DNA of 64,000 bases from an uncultured Actinomycetes bacterium (lineage in GTDB: Bacteria > Actinomycetota > Thermoleophilia > Gaiellales > JAICJC01), in contig CAVSNF010000004.1 in NCBI GenBank assembly GCA_963729195.1, positions 25,958 through 89,957 of the forward strand, written 5' to 3'. The translations under genes and the position numbers were made by a program. The notes under the pieces were generated by a model. The model worked only from the letters and a program-made list of their open reading frames with translations, was not told the origin of the DNA and did not search any database. Shown piece by piece: positions 9,821 through 20,929 of the stretch. Positions within the stretch are counted from its first letter, which is position 1; each line of letters begins with the position of its first letter.

Positions 9821-11780
9821 ATGACGACACGCAGGAATTTGCTGCTCGGCGCCTTGGGTGGCGTGGCGGCCAACGCCTCGTCGACTCCGGTGCTGGACGC
9901 CGCGGTCGCGGCGGCGAAGGTGGCGCCGTTTCTGACGGTCGACTTCACCCGCCGGCGCGACGACGATCACTGGTCGGGCGCGTCGGCGCGCTGGTTCACG
10001 CGGTTTGAGAAGCGGGTGCATATCGCCGCTGGACGCGGCCGGATCGTGCTGCCCGCCCCGCTGGCGTCGGCCGCGGACTCCCAGACGGTGCCGGTGTTCC
10101 TGCTGGATCACGACGGATCCACGCCGGTGCAGCGGATCGAGTTCACGATCGAGACACCGCAGGCGCGCCCGGGACTGATCATCGGTGCCACCAATCTCGA
10201 GTCGTACCTGGGCGTGACCGTCGAGGACACGTCGCTGGTGCTGTCGCGGTTTGAGCGCACCCGCCGGGTGGTGCTCCACCGCGCGGACGTACCGCCGCTC
10301 GCAGAGGGGCACGTACACGCACTCGAGGTGCGAGTGGAGCAGGACCGCATCCTTGCACGGGTGGGCCGAGCCGGCTCGCTGCCGGGCACGTATCAGCTCG
10401 ACATTCGAATCCGGGTCTCCCAGGGGATGCCCGGAGTGTTGATGCTGGCCGAGCCGCCGATGGGCGCGAGCGAGCTGGCGCTTCTGCGCTACAAGCTGGG
10501 CGGCCCTCGCGGGTCGGCCACACCCGTCCGCGAGACGTACCTGCTCTCCGGGACGCCGCGGCCCGACGGTGGATGTCCGGGTCGGCACCGAGCGGGCGAC
10601 CTCGGTGGTGGTGGAATGGTCGCGCGATCCAGGATTTCTGACCGGCGTCGAGCACGCCGCCGCGGTCACCACCGCCGCGCCCACGTTCACGACCAAAACG
10701 ACGCTCGAGGTGCGCTCCGGGGTGTGGTGGCGAGCCGCGCTGACCGATCCCGTCACCGGCGTGAGCAACACCACCGCCATCCAGAGCGTGACGCCCGCCG
10801 ACCTGTCCCGGCCGCTGGTGCTGGGAGCCGCCAGCTGCGCCCAGCTGTGGAACGCCGCCGGCTACCACGGCCTCACCCGGTTCACGCAGGAGGCCGCGCT
10901 GACGCAGCCGGCGATGCTCGTGTATCAGGGCGACTTCGGGTATCCGTCCAACTCCGTGAACAGCTGCCTGCGCCAGCAGCCGGACTTCTACCTCGATCGC
11001 ATCACCCGCTTCCTGCGGTCCCCCGACTTCATCGCCCTGCGCGCCGCGATGCCGGTGGGGTTCACGATGGACGACCACGAGTACGGCCCCCAGAACAACG
11101 CCGATCGCACCACCCTCCACCCATGGACGATTGAACTCTGGAACTCGCTGCACGCCGATCCCAGCGCCACCGGGTACATGGACTGGCGGTTCGGCGACGT
11201 GCACTGCCTGACGCTCGACGGCCGCCGCTACTGCGACCCGGTCAACGCTCCCGAGTCGCCCGCCAAGACCAAGCTCGGCTCCGCCCAGAAGCAGTGGCTG
11301 CGCGGCATCCTCGAGCGCAGCGATGCGCGGCTGTTTGTGATCTTCTCGGCCGACATCTTTGCCTCGCGAGGGGAGGGCCGCCCCCAGGTCGACTGCTGGT
11401 GGTACGGCTGGAAGACGGAGTACGCCGAGCTGATGATGCTGTTCCACGACGTCCAGCTGGAGGGCCGGCGGGTGGTGATCCTCAGCGGCGACGCCCACGG
11501 TCAGCGCATCCACCACCACCCCGACCCGGCCCAGCGCGAGCGCGCCGGCTCGGTGGTCGAGTTCATCTGCGCCGGCCTGCGCGCCCGCTCGTGGTCGATG
11601 GAACATCAGCCCGACCCGACCATCGACCCCAAACGCCGAGTGGAGGGCAAGAGCGGCCTGGGCATGATCACCATCGATCCACCGCAGTCACCGGGGCGCA
11701 CGATCACCCTGCGCAGCATCAACGGCGATGACGGCCCGCTCGACCTGTTCCCACCCCTGAGGCTCTCGTTCACCCCGTGA
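9821..11780 (+). CDS. PhoD-like phosphatase with Tat signal peptide; apparent frameshift near 10565
   Basis: MTTRRNLLLGALGGVAANA (twin-arginine) in ORF 9773..11134 joins ORF 10569..11780, which has metallophosphatase motifs (…FTMDDHEYGPQNN…, …VILSGDAHGQRIHHH…). Confidence 0.8.
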
Positions 11781-11787
11781 GATAACG

Positions 11788-12455
11788 TTGCCGGCCACGG
11801 TGACAATCGAGCGCGAGAAACAGGTGGCCGCCGAGGCGGCAGCAGAGGTCGTCGAGGACGGCATGATCGTCGGGCTGGGCACGGGCTCGACCGTCGCCTA
11901 CCTGCTGCCCGCGCTGGCCCGCCGGCAGCTGCAAGATCACCTGCGTCGCCACCTCTCCGGCAACCGCCCAGATCGCAACCGGACTGGGGATGCAGGTGTT
12001 CCCGTTCGCCGGGCCGGATGCGCCGCGGCGGCTGGATATCGCCATCGACGGCGCCGACCAGGTCGATCCCGACGGCTGGGCGATCAAGGGCGGCGGGGCG
12101 GCCCACACCCGCGAGAAGACCGTCGCCGCCGCCGCCGACCGATTCGTCATCATCGCCTCCTCGGACAAGATGGTCGATCGGCTCGGACCACCCGTGCCAC
12201 TGGAGCTGCTGGCGTTCGGATTGAACGCGACCCTGGCGCGGCTGGGCGCGGTCAAGCTGCGCGACGTGCCGCTCAGTCCCGACGGCGGGGTGATCGCCGA
12301 CTACATCGGCCGCGTTCGACGACCCGGCCCTGCTCGCCGCCGAGCTGTCACAGGCGGTGGGCGTGGTCGATCACGGGCTGTTCCCGCGCGCGATGGTGTC
12401 CGAGGTATTCGTCGGCCGCTGCGATCAGGCCGAGCGGATCGTCGTCAGTCGCTGA
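11788..12455 (+). CDS. rpiA: Ribose-5-phosphate isomerase A; two apparent frameshifts (about 11930 and 12311)
   Basis: Three frame pieces: ...GMIVGLGTGSTVAYLLPALARRQL / KITCVATSPATAQIATGLGMQVFPFAG...DGADQVDPDGWAIKGGGAAHTREK... / AFDDPALLAAELSQAVGVVDHGLFPRAMVSEVFVGR...* (TGA 12453-12455). Confidence 0.82.
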
Positions 12456-13119
12456 CCGCCGCGGCGTCGGCGATGATCAGCGCGTGCTCGGCTTCCACCC
12501 GCCCGCCGGGGATGGAGCGGTCGCCGGCGCGCAGCTTTGCCAGCGCCTCCACCTTGTCGGCGCCGGTCACCAGCCACATCACCTGCGCCGCCCGGTTCAG
12601 CACCGGATAGGTCAGCGTCATCCGCCGCCGGCCCATGTAGGGCTGGGTCACACCCACGTCGCGGTCGGTCACGTCCAGCACCGGATCGCCCGGCACCAGC
12701 GAGGCGGTGTGCCCGTCCGGCCCCAGCCCCAGGTGGATCAGGTCGAACCGCGGCGGCAGGCTCGCGGCATATTCGGCCGCGGCCTGATCGATGTCCTGCT
12801 CGCGCTCGACCGGCATCGCCCGCACGCCGCCATCCGCCTCCGCAGGCAGGCTGTCCATCAGGTGGGTGAGGTTGCGATCGGGATCACCGGCCGGGGCAAC
12901 TCGCTCGTCCACTTGGTAGAAGACGCACTGCGCCCACGGCATCTCCTCGTCGGCCAGCTCGGCGAACATCGCCCAGGGAGTGTGACCGCCGCTGACCGCG
13001 AAGCTGAACCGGCCGTGCTCGGCCACCGCCGCCCGGGCCTTCCCGGCCACGAAGTCGGCAGCCCGGCGGGCCACCGCCGCTGGGTCGGCCTGCGCCTCGA
13101 TCGCCGGCCCGACGCTCAC
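12445..13119 (-). CDS. pgl: 6-phosphogluconolactonase
   Basis: ...FAVSGGHTPWAMFAEL...LIHLGLGPDGHTASLVPGDPVL... GTG start 13119 overlaps the gnd stop (GTGA). The 3' end overlaps rpiA by 11 nt (convergent). Confidence 0.85.
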   Translation of the reverse strand: MSVGPAIEAQADPAAVARRAADFVAGKARAAVAEHGRFSFAVSGGHTPWAMFAELADEEMPWAQCVFYQVDERVAPAGDPDRNLTHLMDSLPAEADGGVRAMPVEREQDIDQAAAEYAASLPPRFDLIHLGLGPDGHTASLVPGDPVLDVTDRDVGVTQPYMGRRRMTLTYPVLNRAAQVMWLVTGADKVEALAKLRAGDRSIPGGRVEAEHALIIADAAAVSD

Positions 13120-14147
13120 GCCGGCTTCTCGTCGTGGCCGCCGAACTGCTTGCGCATCGCCGAAAGCACCTTGTCGGCGAAGTCGTCCGCTCCCCGCGAG
13201 GCAAACCGCGAATAGAGGGCGGTGGTCAGCACCGGCGAGGGTATGCCCTCCTCGATGGCCGCAATCGACGTCCATCGGCCCTCGCCCGAGTCGGACACTC
13301 GGCCGGCGAACTCCGCCAGCGTGGGCGACTCGAACAGAGCCTGGGCGGTGAGATCGAGTAGCCACGACCCGACCACGCTGCCGCGCCGCCACACCTCGGC
13401 CACCTCGGTGGTGTCGATCTCGTACTGGTAGTACTCGGGCCGCTCCAGCGGCGACGTCTCGGCATCCGCCTCACGGGTGCGCTTGCCCACATCGGCGTTC
13501 TTGATGATGTTGAGGCCCTCGGCATAGGCCGCCATCAAGCCGTACTCGATGCCGTTGTGCACCATCTTGACGAAGTGGCCCGCGCCGTTCGGCCCGCAGT
13601 GCAGGAAGCCCTGCTCGGCCTGGGTGGGCTCGCCGGATCGGCCGGGCGTACGCGGCGCGGAGTCGACACCGGGCGCAACCGAGGCGAAGATCGGGGAGAG
13701 CCGCTGGACGACCTCGTCCTCGCCGCCGATCATCAGGCAGTAGCCTCGCTCCCGGCCCCAGACTCCACCGCTGGTGCCGCAGTCGACGTGGTGGATACCC
13801 TTCTCCCTCAGCGCGTTCGCGTGCCGGATGTCGTCGTGGTAGTGGGTGTTGCCGCCGTCGATGATGACGTCGCCCGAGTCCAGGGCATCGGCCAGCATCG
13901 CGATCGTCTTGTCGGTGATGTCGCCCGCAGGCACCATCACCCACACCGCCCGCGGCCGCTCCAGCTTGGCCACGAACTGCTCGACGGTGGTGGCGCCGCC
14001 GGCCCCGTCGGCTTCCAGCGCGGCCACCGCATCGGCGCTCACGTCGTAGCCGACACAGCGATGCCCGTCGGCCATCAACCGGCGCACGATGTTCGATCCC
14101 ATCCGCCCGAGTCCCACCATCCCCAGCTGCATCGGATTGTCCGTCAT
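13116..14147 (-). CDS. gnd: 6-phosphogluconate dehydrogenase (decarboxylating), short GntZ/YqeC-like form
   Basis: Intact 343-aa ORF: MQLGMVGLGRMGSNIVRRL..., ...CGPNGAGHFVKMVHNGIEYGLMAAYAEG... Confidence 0.9.
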   Translation of the reverse strand: MTDNPMQLGMVGLGRMGSNIVRRLMADGHRCVGYDVSADAVAALEADGAGGATTVEQFVAKLERPRAVWVMVPAGDITDKTIAMLADALDSGDVIIDGGNTHYHDDIRHANALREKGIHHVDCGTSGGVWGRERGYCLMIGGEDEVVQRLSPIFASVAPGVDSAPRTPGRSGEPTQAEQGFLHCGPNGAGHFVKMVHNGIEYGLMAAYAEGLNIIKNADVGKRTREADAETSPLERPEYYQYEIDTTEVAEVWRRGSVVGSWLLDLTAQALFESPTLAEFAGRVSDSGEGRWTSIAAIEEGIPSPVLTTALYSRFASRGADDFADKVLSAMRKQFGGHDEKPA

Positions 14148-14196
14148 CTTGAGAGCTCCTGTTCGAGGTAGACACAGACATTAGTAGGATGCAGCG

Positions 14197-15609
14197 GTGC
14201 CGGCAGGGGAGACAGCAAGCGCACCACCCGTAGCCGACGCCCTGGTGGTGTTCGGGATCAGCGGCGACCTCGCGCGCAAGATGACGCTCAAGTCGCTCTA
14301 CCTGCTGGAGCGGCGCGGGATGCTCGACTGCCCGGTGATCGGGGTCGCCCGTGAGCGATGGACGGACGACCAGCTGCGCCAGCACGCGCTGGAAGCCGTC
14401 AAAGCTTCCGGGGTGCCGTTCTCCAAGAAGGTGTTCGAGCGGTTTGCGGCGCGGCTCAGCTACGTCGCCGGCGACTTCTCCCGGGTGACGACCTATCGCA
14501 AGCTGAAGACCAAGCTGCGCGGCGTCTCGAATCCGGTGTTCTACCTCGAGATCCCGCCGTTTCTGTTTGCGGGAGTGGTCGAGCACCTGCACGAAGCCGG
14601 GCTGACCAAGGACGCTCGGGTGGTGGTGGAGAAGCCGTTCGGCCACGACTTCGCGTCGGCCTGCGCCCTCAACGACGACCTGCGCAAGCTGCTCACCGAG
14701 GATCAGCTGTACCGGATCGACCACTTCCTGGGAAAGATGTCGGTCGAGGACATCATGTACCTGCGGTTCGCCAACACCATGCTCGAGCCGATCTGGAACC
14801 GGCAGTTCGTCTCGTCCGTGCAGATCACGATGGCGGAGAGCTTCGGCGTGGACGATCGGGGCAGCTTCTACGAACCGGTCGGGGCGCTGCGCGACGTCGT
14901 CCAGAACCACCTGATGCAGGTGCTGGCGCTGGTGGCCATGGAGCCGCCGGCGGGCATCGGGCACGACGTGATCGCAGATCGCAAGCGCGACGTGTTCCTG
15001 GCCATGCCCAGCGCCGACCCCGGCAAGTACGTGCGCGGCCAGTACGACGGCTACCTCGAGGTCAAGGGGGTGGCTCCCAACTCGACCACCGAGACGTTTG
15101 CGGCGCTGCGGCTCGAGGTCGACAACTGGCGCTGGAACGGCGTGCCCTTCTACATCCGCGCCGGCAAGGCCATGGCCGAGACGGTGACCGAGGTGCGGGT
15201 GGTGTTCCGGCACGCGCCCAAGCTGGCCTTCGCCGGCAGCCGCTGGCGCCACCCCGACCCCAACAACCTGGTGCTGCGGGTCGGCCCCAAACCGGGCGCC
15301 AGCATCTGGCTGCAGAGCAAGCGGCCGTCGTCGCCGGGCCTTCACTCGGTGCACCTGGACATGGACTTCGCCGAAGAGGGCGGCGAGGGGCCGACACCGT
15401 ACGAGCAGCTCCTGCACGGAGCCATGCACGGCGATCGCAGCCACTTCATCCGCGAGGACGCGGTCGAGGAGACATGGCGGATCGTGCAGCCCCTGATCGA
15501 CGAGCCGCCGCCGGTGGACGGCTACAAGCCCGGCTCGTGGGGGCCGGCCTCCGCCGAGAAAATGCTGGCCCACCGCGGTGGCTGGCACGAGCCGTGGCTT
15601 CCCGAATGA
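14197..15609 (+). CDS. zwf: Glucose-6-phosphate 1-dehydrogenase
   Basis: Intact 470-aa ORF: ...[13 protein letters not shown]..., ...YRIDHFLGK..., ...[11 protein letters not shown]... Divergent from gnd-pgl. Confidence 0.93.
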   Translation: MPAGETASAPPVADALVVFGISGDLARKMTLKSLYLLERRGMLDCPVIGVARERWTDDQLRQHALEAVKASGVPFSKKVFERFAARLSYVAGDFSRVTTYRKLKTKLRGVSNPVFYLEIPPFLFAGVVEHLHEAGLTKDARVVVEKPFGHDFASACALNDDLRKLLTEDQLYRIDHFLGKMSVEDIMYLRFANTMLEPIWNRQFVSSVQITMAESFGVDDRGSFYEPVGALRDVVQNHLMQVLALVAMEPPAGIGHDVIADRKRDVFLAMPSADPGKYVRGQYDGYLEVKGVAPNSTTETFAALRLEVDNWRWNGVPFYIRAGKAMAETVTEVRVVFRHAPKLAFAGSRWRHPDPNNLVLRVGPKPGASIWLQSKRPSSPGLHSVHLDMDFAEEGGEGPTPYEQLLHGAMHGDRSHFIREDAVEETWRIVQPLIDEPPPVDGYKPGSWGPASAEKMLAHRGGWHEPWLPE

Positions 15610-15629
15610 CGGTGGAGAGGACGACGTAG

Positions 15630-17052
15630 ATGGGCATCACTCCGCGAGTCGGCGAAGAGGTCACGCTCAAGCTCCCCGGCACCGACCACCGCGTCGTGAT
15701 CGTGGGATCGGGCTTCGGCGGGCTGTTCGCGGCGACGGTTCCTGCGCGGCGCGTCGATCGAGGTGACGCTGATCGATCGCACCAACCACCATCTGTTCCA
15801 GCCGCTCTTGTACCAGGTCGCCACCGGCATCCTGTCGGGCGGAGCGATCGCACCGGCGACCCGCGATGTCTTCCGAAACCACAAGAACATCGAGGTCGAG
15901 ATGGGTGATGTGACCGCCTTTGACCTGGACGCCAAGCGGGTCACGGCCACCCGCCCCGACGGGCGCGTGGTCGTGCACGAGTACGACAGCCTGATCGTGA
16001 GCGCCGGTGCCGGCGGCTCGTACTTCGGGCACGACGAGTTCGCCGAGTTCGCGCCCGGCATGAAGACGCTGGCCGACGCGCTCGATCAGCGCGCCCGCAT
16101 CTTTGGCGCGTTCGAGATGGCCGAGCTCGAGGAGGATCCCACGCGCCGCGCCGAGTGGCTGACATTCGTGGTGGTCGGCGGCGGCCCCACAGGAGTCGAG
16201 ATCGCCGGGCAGATCGCCGAGCTCTCACGCCGCGCCCTCAAGAACAACTTCCAAAACTTCAACCCCAAGACCGACGTCCGGGTGCTGCTGTTCGACGGCG
16301 GCAAGGAGGTGCTGTCCACCTTCGGCGACAAGCTGTCGGGGATCGGCCGCAAGGAGCTGGAGGCCACCGGCGTGGAGGTGCACACAGAGTCGATCGTGAC
16401 GCACGTGGACGGCGATCACGTCGAAGTCAAAGGCCCGAACGGCTCGGTCGATCGGTACGCCGCCAAGACCAAGATCTGGGCGGCCGGGGTGGCGGCGTCA
16501 CCGCTGGCCAAGGCGCTGGCCGACGCGGCCGGGGCCGAGTGCGACCGCAGCGGCCGGATCAAGGTGCAGCCGGACTGTTCGGTGCCCGGCTACCCCGAGG
16601 TGTTTGCAGTCGGCGACATGATGAACTTCGAGGACCTGCCCGGAGTGGCCGAGGTGGCGATGCAGTCGGGCATCCATGCCGCCCGCACGATCAAACGGCG
16701 AGTGGCAAACAACGCCGAGCCGCAGCCGTTTGTCTACCGCGACCTCGGCACCATGGCCGCCATCTCGCGCCGACGGGCGATCGTGAGCTTCCGGGGCAGG
16801 CACTTCTCCGGGTGGTTCGGCTGGCTGATGTGGATGTTCGTGCACCTGACCTTCATGACCGGTTTCCGCGGGCGGTTCGCGGCCGCCTGGTCGTGGTTCT
16901 TCAGCTTCGTCGGCCACCGACGCGGCCAGCGAGCGCTGACGATCACCAGGATCGGCGACGCCCCGGCCGACACGCCCGACTCAGCACCGCCCGACGACCC
17001 CGGCGACGACGAAGAATCCCCCACCGAGGCGCCAACAAAAGACCTTGAATAA
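15630..17052 (+). CDS. ndh: Type II NADH dehydrogenase (NDH-2); apparent frameshift near 15733
   Basis: HRVVIVGSGFGGLFAA (ORF 15630..15908) joins ...IEVTLIDRTNHHLFQPLLYQVATG... (ORF 15763..17052). Second dinucleotide fold VVVGGGPTGVEIAG. TAA stop 17050-17052 lies inside palindrome copy 2. Confidence 0.87.
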
Positions 17053-17074
17053 CGGTGCCTGGCACCGTTATTCA
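17046..17074. repeat. Palindromic element copy 2: TGAATAACGGTGCC-T-GGCACCGTTATTCA
   Basis: Read directly. Contains the TAA stop of ndh (+, 17050-17052) and the TAA stop of the convergent DUF1801 gene (-, 17068-17070). Confidence 0.95.
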
Positions 17075-17421
17075 TCCGGGTAGCGCTCGAAGGATTCGAG
17101 CCAGCATTTGCGGATGATGGTGCGCAGCACGGACTCGTCGATGTCGGACAGGCGCTTGATGTAGAGGCAGGCCTTGCCGGTGGAGTGCTGGCCGAGCCGG
17201 GCGAGCAGCCGGTCGTAGTCGTCCGGCTGAAACATCGCGTAGACGGTGAGATTGCGTGCCCGATCGGCGAATCCGATGCGCATGGCGTCGCCCTCGCGGC
17301 CCGAGGCATACACGTAGTGGTAGCTGCCGAAGCCGACCATTCCACCGCGCCACTCGGCCGGTTGCACGCCGGTCTCCTGGCGCATGATCTGCTCCAGCCG
17401 CCGGGCGTCCTCGCTGCTCAT
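17068..17421 (-). CDS. DUF1801 (YdhG-like) domain protein
   Basis: [13 protein letters not shown]...[33 protein letters not shown]...[18 protein letters not shown]... ATG 17421 overlaps the pgi TGA (ATGA). It is fused to pgi in ORF 17068..19053 only because of the pgi frameshift. Confidence 0.68.
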   Translation of the reverse strand: MSSEDARRLEQIMRQETGVQPAEWRGGMVGFGSYHYVYASGREGDAMRIGFADRARNLTVYAMFQPDDYDRLLARLGQHSTGKACLYIKRLSDIDESVLRTIIRKCWLESFERYPDE

Positions 17422-19053
17422 CTGAGCGATCGGTAACGCCGGATCAGGGCGTTGGTGGAGCTGTCGTGATCCAGCTCCGGCTCGGTCTGGCTGAGCAGCT
17501 CGGGCACGATCCGCTTGGCCAGCACCTTGCCCAGCTCCACGCCCCACTGGTCGAACGAGTCGATCCCCCACACCGTCCCCTGGGTGAACACGCTGTGCTC
17601 GTACAGCGCAATCAGCGTCCCCAGCGAGTGAGGGCGTCAGCTCTTCCACCAGGATCACGTTGGTCGGCCGGTTTCCCTGCATCACCCGGTGGGGGATGAC
17701 GTTCTCGGCAGTGCCCTCGGCCCGCACCTCGTCCTCGGTCTTGCCAAAGGCCAGCGCCTCGGCCTGGGCAAACACGTTCGACATCAGGATGTCGTGATGC
17801 TCGCCCAGCGGGTTGTGGGTCTTGCCAAACCCGATCAGGTCGACCGGGATCAGGGCCGTCCCCTGGTGGATCAGCTGGTAGAAGCTGTGCTGGCCGTTCG
17901 TCCCGGGCTCACCCCAGTAGACCGCGCCGGTGTCGTAGTCGACCTGCCGCCCATCCAGCGTCACGTGCTTGCCGTTGGACTCCATCGTCAGCTGCTGGAG
18001 GTATGCCGGGAATCGCTTCAGATACTGGTTGTAGGGCATCACTCCAACCGTCTGGGCGCCGAAGAAGTCCCGATACCACACCGCCAGAAGGCCCATCAAC
18101 ACCGGCAGGTTTCGCTCGAACGGCGCGGTGCGGAAGTGCTCGTCCATCGCGTGGAAGCCGTCCAGCAGCGCCCGGAAATTGTCGGGCCCGACCGCGATCA
18201 TGGTCGAGAGTCCGATCGCCGAGTCCATCGAGTAGCGCCCGCCGACCCAGTCCCAGAAGCCGAACATGTTTTGGGTGTCGATCCCGAACTCGGCCACGCC
18301 GGCGGCGTTGGTGGAGACCGCCACGAAGTGCTTGGCCACCGCCTGCTCGTCGCCCAGTGCGGCCAGCGACCACTCCCGCGCCGAGTGGGCATTGGTCATC
18401 GTCTCGAGCGTGGTGAACGTCTTGGAGGACACGATGAACAGCGTCTCGTCCGCGTTCAGGTCACGGGTGGCCTCGGCGAAGTCGGTGGAGTCCACGTTGG
18501 ACACAAACCGGAAGGTGAGCTCCCGCCGGCTGTAGTGCCGCAGCGCCTCATAGGCCATCACCGGGCCCAGGTCGGATCCGCCGATGCCGATGTTGACCAC
18601 GTTTCGGATCGGCTTGCCGGTGTGTCCGCGCCACTCGCCCGATCGCACCCGCTGGGCGAACGCCGCCATGCGGTCAAGCACCTGGTGCACCTCGGCGACC
18701 ACGTCCACACCGTCGACTGTCAAGCTGGCCGAGCGCGGCAGCCGAAGCGCCGTGTGCAGCACCGAGCGGTTCTCGGACACGTTGATGCGGTCGCCCCGAA
18801 ACATCGCGTCGATGTGTTGGCGCAGGCCGGATTGCTCGGCGAGTGCGACCAGCAGCGGCACCGTGTCTGCGGTGATCCGGTTCTTGGAATAGTCCAGGTA
18901 GAGGCCCACGGCCTCGGCTGTCAGCCGCTCACCGCGGTCGGCATCGGCCGCAAACAGCTCGCGCAGGTGCTGCCCCGAGATCTGCTCGTGGTGGCGCTCG
19001 AGCGTCTTCCAGGCAGGTCGGTCGCGCAGCGGAGTCGGTACTTCGTCAGCCAT
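17418..19053 (-). CDS. pgi: Glucose-6-phosphate isomerase; apparent 1-nt insertion near 17631
   Basis: N-terminal 470 aa of ORF 17068..19053 is canonical PGI (...[11 protein letters not shown]..., ...[19 protein letters not shown]...). After ...LVEELTP the shifted frame reads [34 protein letters not shown]...RRYRSLR*. Confidence 0.9.
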
Positions 19054-19081
19054 CGGGAGGACACTAGTAGACTCGCAAGGG

Positions 19082-19996
19082 ATGACGCTTGGATATTCGC
19101 AACCGCTGTACGTGCTGGCCTTCGATCACCGCGGCTCGTTCCAGTCAAAGCTGCTCGGCATCGCCGGGACGCCGACCGACGAGCAGCGTCGAGCAGATCC
19201 TCCGCGCCAAGCAGGTGATCTACGCCGGATTCCTGCGGGCATACGAAGGTGAGAGCGACCGCGAGGGCCTCGGCATCCTGGTCGACGAGCAGTTCGGCAG
19301 CGAGGTTGCGCGGGCCGGGCGAGAGCTGGGCGTGGCCGTTGCCGTGCCGGTCGAGAAGAGCGGGCAGGACGAGTTCGACTTCGAGTACGGCGAGCAGTTC
19401 GGCGAGCACATCGAGGCGCTCGACCCGACCTTCGCCAAGGTGCTCGTGCGCATGAACGTCGAGGGCGACCGCGAGATGAACCGGCGCCAGACCGAGCGGC
19501 TGGCCCGCCTCAGCGACTGGCTGCACGAGAACGACCGCAAGTTCCTGTTCGAGCTGATCGTGCCCGCCGAGCCGCACCAGCTGGCTCAGGTGGACGGCGA
19601 CGCTGACCGCTACGACCGCGAGCTGCGGGCCGGCCTGATGGTCGACGCCATCCTCGCGCTCCAGGCCGGCGGGGTCGAGCCCGACATCTGGAAGATCGAG
19701 GGCTTGGACACGACCGACGACTGCGACCGGGTCGCCCGCGCGACCCGCGCCGGCGGCGCGCGCGATCACGTGCACTGCGTGGTGCTCGGCCGCGGCGGGA
19801 ACGAGCAGAAGGTGATTCACTGGCTCCAGACCGGTGCGGTCACCACCGGCTACTCAGGCTTTGCGGTGGGGCGCACGATCTGGTGGGACGCGCTCACCGC
19901 GGTGGCTCGAGGACGGCGACGACGACGCCGCGGCGGAGGCCATCGGCGCCGATCTACCGGCGACTGCTGGATGCCTACCGCGCCGCCGCGCAGTAG
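19082..19996 (+). CDS. DUF2090-family (IolC-associated aldolase-like) protein; three apparent frameshifts (about 19187, 19900, 19953)
   Basis: [35 protein letters not shown] / [15 protein letters not shown]...[10 protein letters not shown]...[14 protein letters not shown] / [17 protein letters not shown] / [13 protein letters not shown] reconstructed across four frame pieces. Confidence 0.55.
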
Positions 19997-20433
19997 CGAT
20001 TAGCCCGAGTGCCGACGGCGGCCAAGGCCTCCTGAGCGCAGGCCTCGTCCTGCGCGCCGGTGCCCCCGCTGACCCCCACCGCTCCGCACAGTTGGCCGTC
20101 GGCGAACACCGGCAGCCCGCCGGCGTAGACGACCACTCGGCCGTCGGAGGTGGTGTTGAAGCCCCAATCGTCGCCGCCCGGCTGCGTACTCGACATGAAC
20201 TCGCCGGTTGGGGTCTGCCACAGCACCGCGGTGTAGGCCTTGTCGACCGCCAGCTTCATGGCACCCAGGGCTGCGCCGTCCATGCGTGCGCTCGCGATCA
20301 CGTGACCGCCGGGGTCGGTGACCGCCGCCGCCACGGCCAGTGATTGCGCTGCGGCGGCCTCCCGGACCGCCTCCAGCACCCGCAACGCCAGCTCCAAACC
20401 GATCTCCTGCCGATCCACAATTCCGTCGCTCAT
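19975..20433 (-). CDS. GlcG/HbpS-like heme-binding protein (DUF336)
   Basis: MSDGIVDRQEIGLELALRVLEAVREAA...DGAALGAMKLAVDKAYTAV...GGLPVFADGQLCGAVGVSGGTGAQDEACA... AAGGAG lies upstream of ATG 20433. Confidence 0.8.
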   Translation of the reverse strand: MSDGIVDRQEIGLELALRVLEAVREAAAAQSLAVAAAVTDPGGHVIASARMDGAALGAMKLAVDKAYTAVLWQTPTGEFMSSTQPGGDDWGFNTTSDGRVVVYAGGLPVFADGQLCGAVGVSGGTGAQDEACAQEALAAVGTRANRYCAAAR

Positions 20434-20666
20434 GCCACGCTCCTTGTCGTCAAGTGCCGGAATCAACGTACCAGCCGCACGTCGGATCAGGGGTGTGGAA
20501 GCGCCGCCCGAACCTGGGGCTAAACTTCTGCGGCAGCGGCAATCAACTCGGGTTAGAGTTACGCACAACGGGTTGGAGTACCTCGTGGGCGAGGGTCGTC
20601 GCAACAGTTGCTCCTAGGGAGGGTCGTAGTTTGAACACGCATCTCCGTGAGTCATTTCGCGACTCG

Positions 20667-20867
20667 ATGAACAACCAGAGCCACCTGATCCTGCCGGTGG
20701 TACTGGCCGCGATCGCGCTGACAGGCATCGGATTTGCGATTGCAGCGCTGGTGGGAACCGGCTCAGAGGCCTCGAGTTCGCCGGCTCCTCAGACAATCAC
20801 GATCCACTCGACCGTAACTGCGGCCGGCACAACGACGTCACCAAGGTATCCACGAAGAAGATGCTAA
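20667..20867 (+). CDS. Hypothetical small membrane-anchored protein (may extend into the GTCAC-rich tract if further frameshifts exist)
   Basis: MNNQSHLILPVVLAAIALTGIGFAIAALVGTGSEASSSPAPQTITIHSTVTAAGTTT... One TM helix followed by a Thr/Val-rich tail. No recognisable family. Confidence 0.3.
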   Translation: MNNQSHLILPVVLAAIALTGIGFAIAALVGTGSEASSSPAPQTITIHSTVTAAGTTTSPRYPRRRC

Positions 20868-20929
20868 GGGCAAGGACGATCACCAGGCACGGGAAGGTCA
20901 TCACGCTGCCCGGCACACTCCGTGAACGT

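Noticed and set aside
13471-15588. Very long ORFs antisense to or overlapping recognised genes. Examples: 13471..15588 (705 aa), 22031..24130 (699 aa), 5329..6903, 9698..10780, 10179..11606, 49910..51316, 51382..52752, 540..2735, 17689..19218 and 58514..59530.
   Set aside because: Their translations are Arg/Gly/Pro/Ala-rich low-complexity strings with no family resemblance. They mirror well-supported genes on the other strand or frame. This is the usual stop-codon-poor shadow-ORF effect in high-GC DNA.
17068-19053. A single 661-aa PGI-DUF1801 fusion protein, as suggested by the ORF track.
   Set aside because: The junction segment (...[20 protein letters not shown]...) is non-homologous filler created by a 1-nt insertion near 17631. 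The shifted frame restores the canonical PGI C-terminus ending at 17418, and the DUF1801 gene has its own ATG overlapping that stop.
20434-20666. The 233-nt intergenic region upstream of the GlcG-like gene as a possible riboswitch or sRNA (duplicated GAGGGTCGT motif).
   Set aside because: I could not match it to any riboswitch consensus I know (TPP, SAM, glycine, c-di-AMP, 6C and others), and there is no convincing conserved helix. It would need a covariance-model scan.
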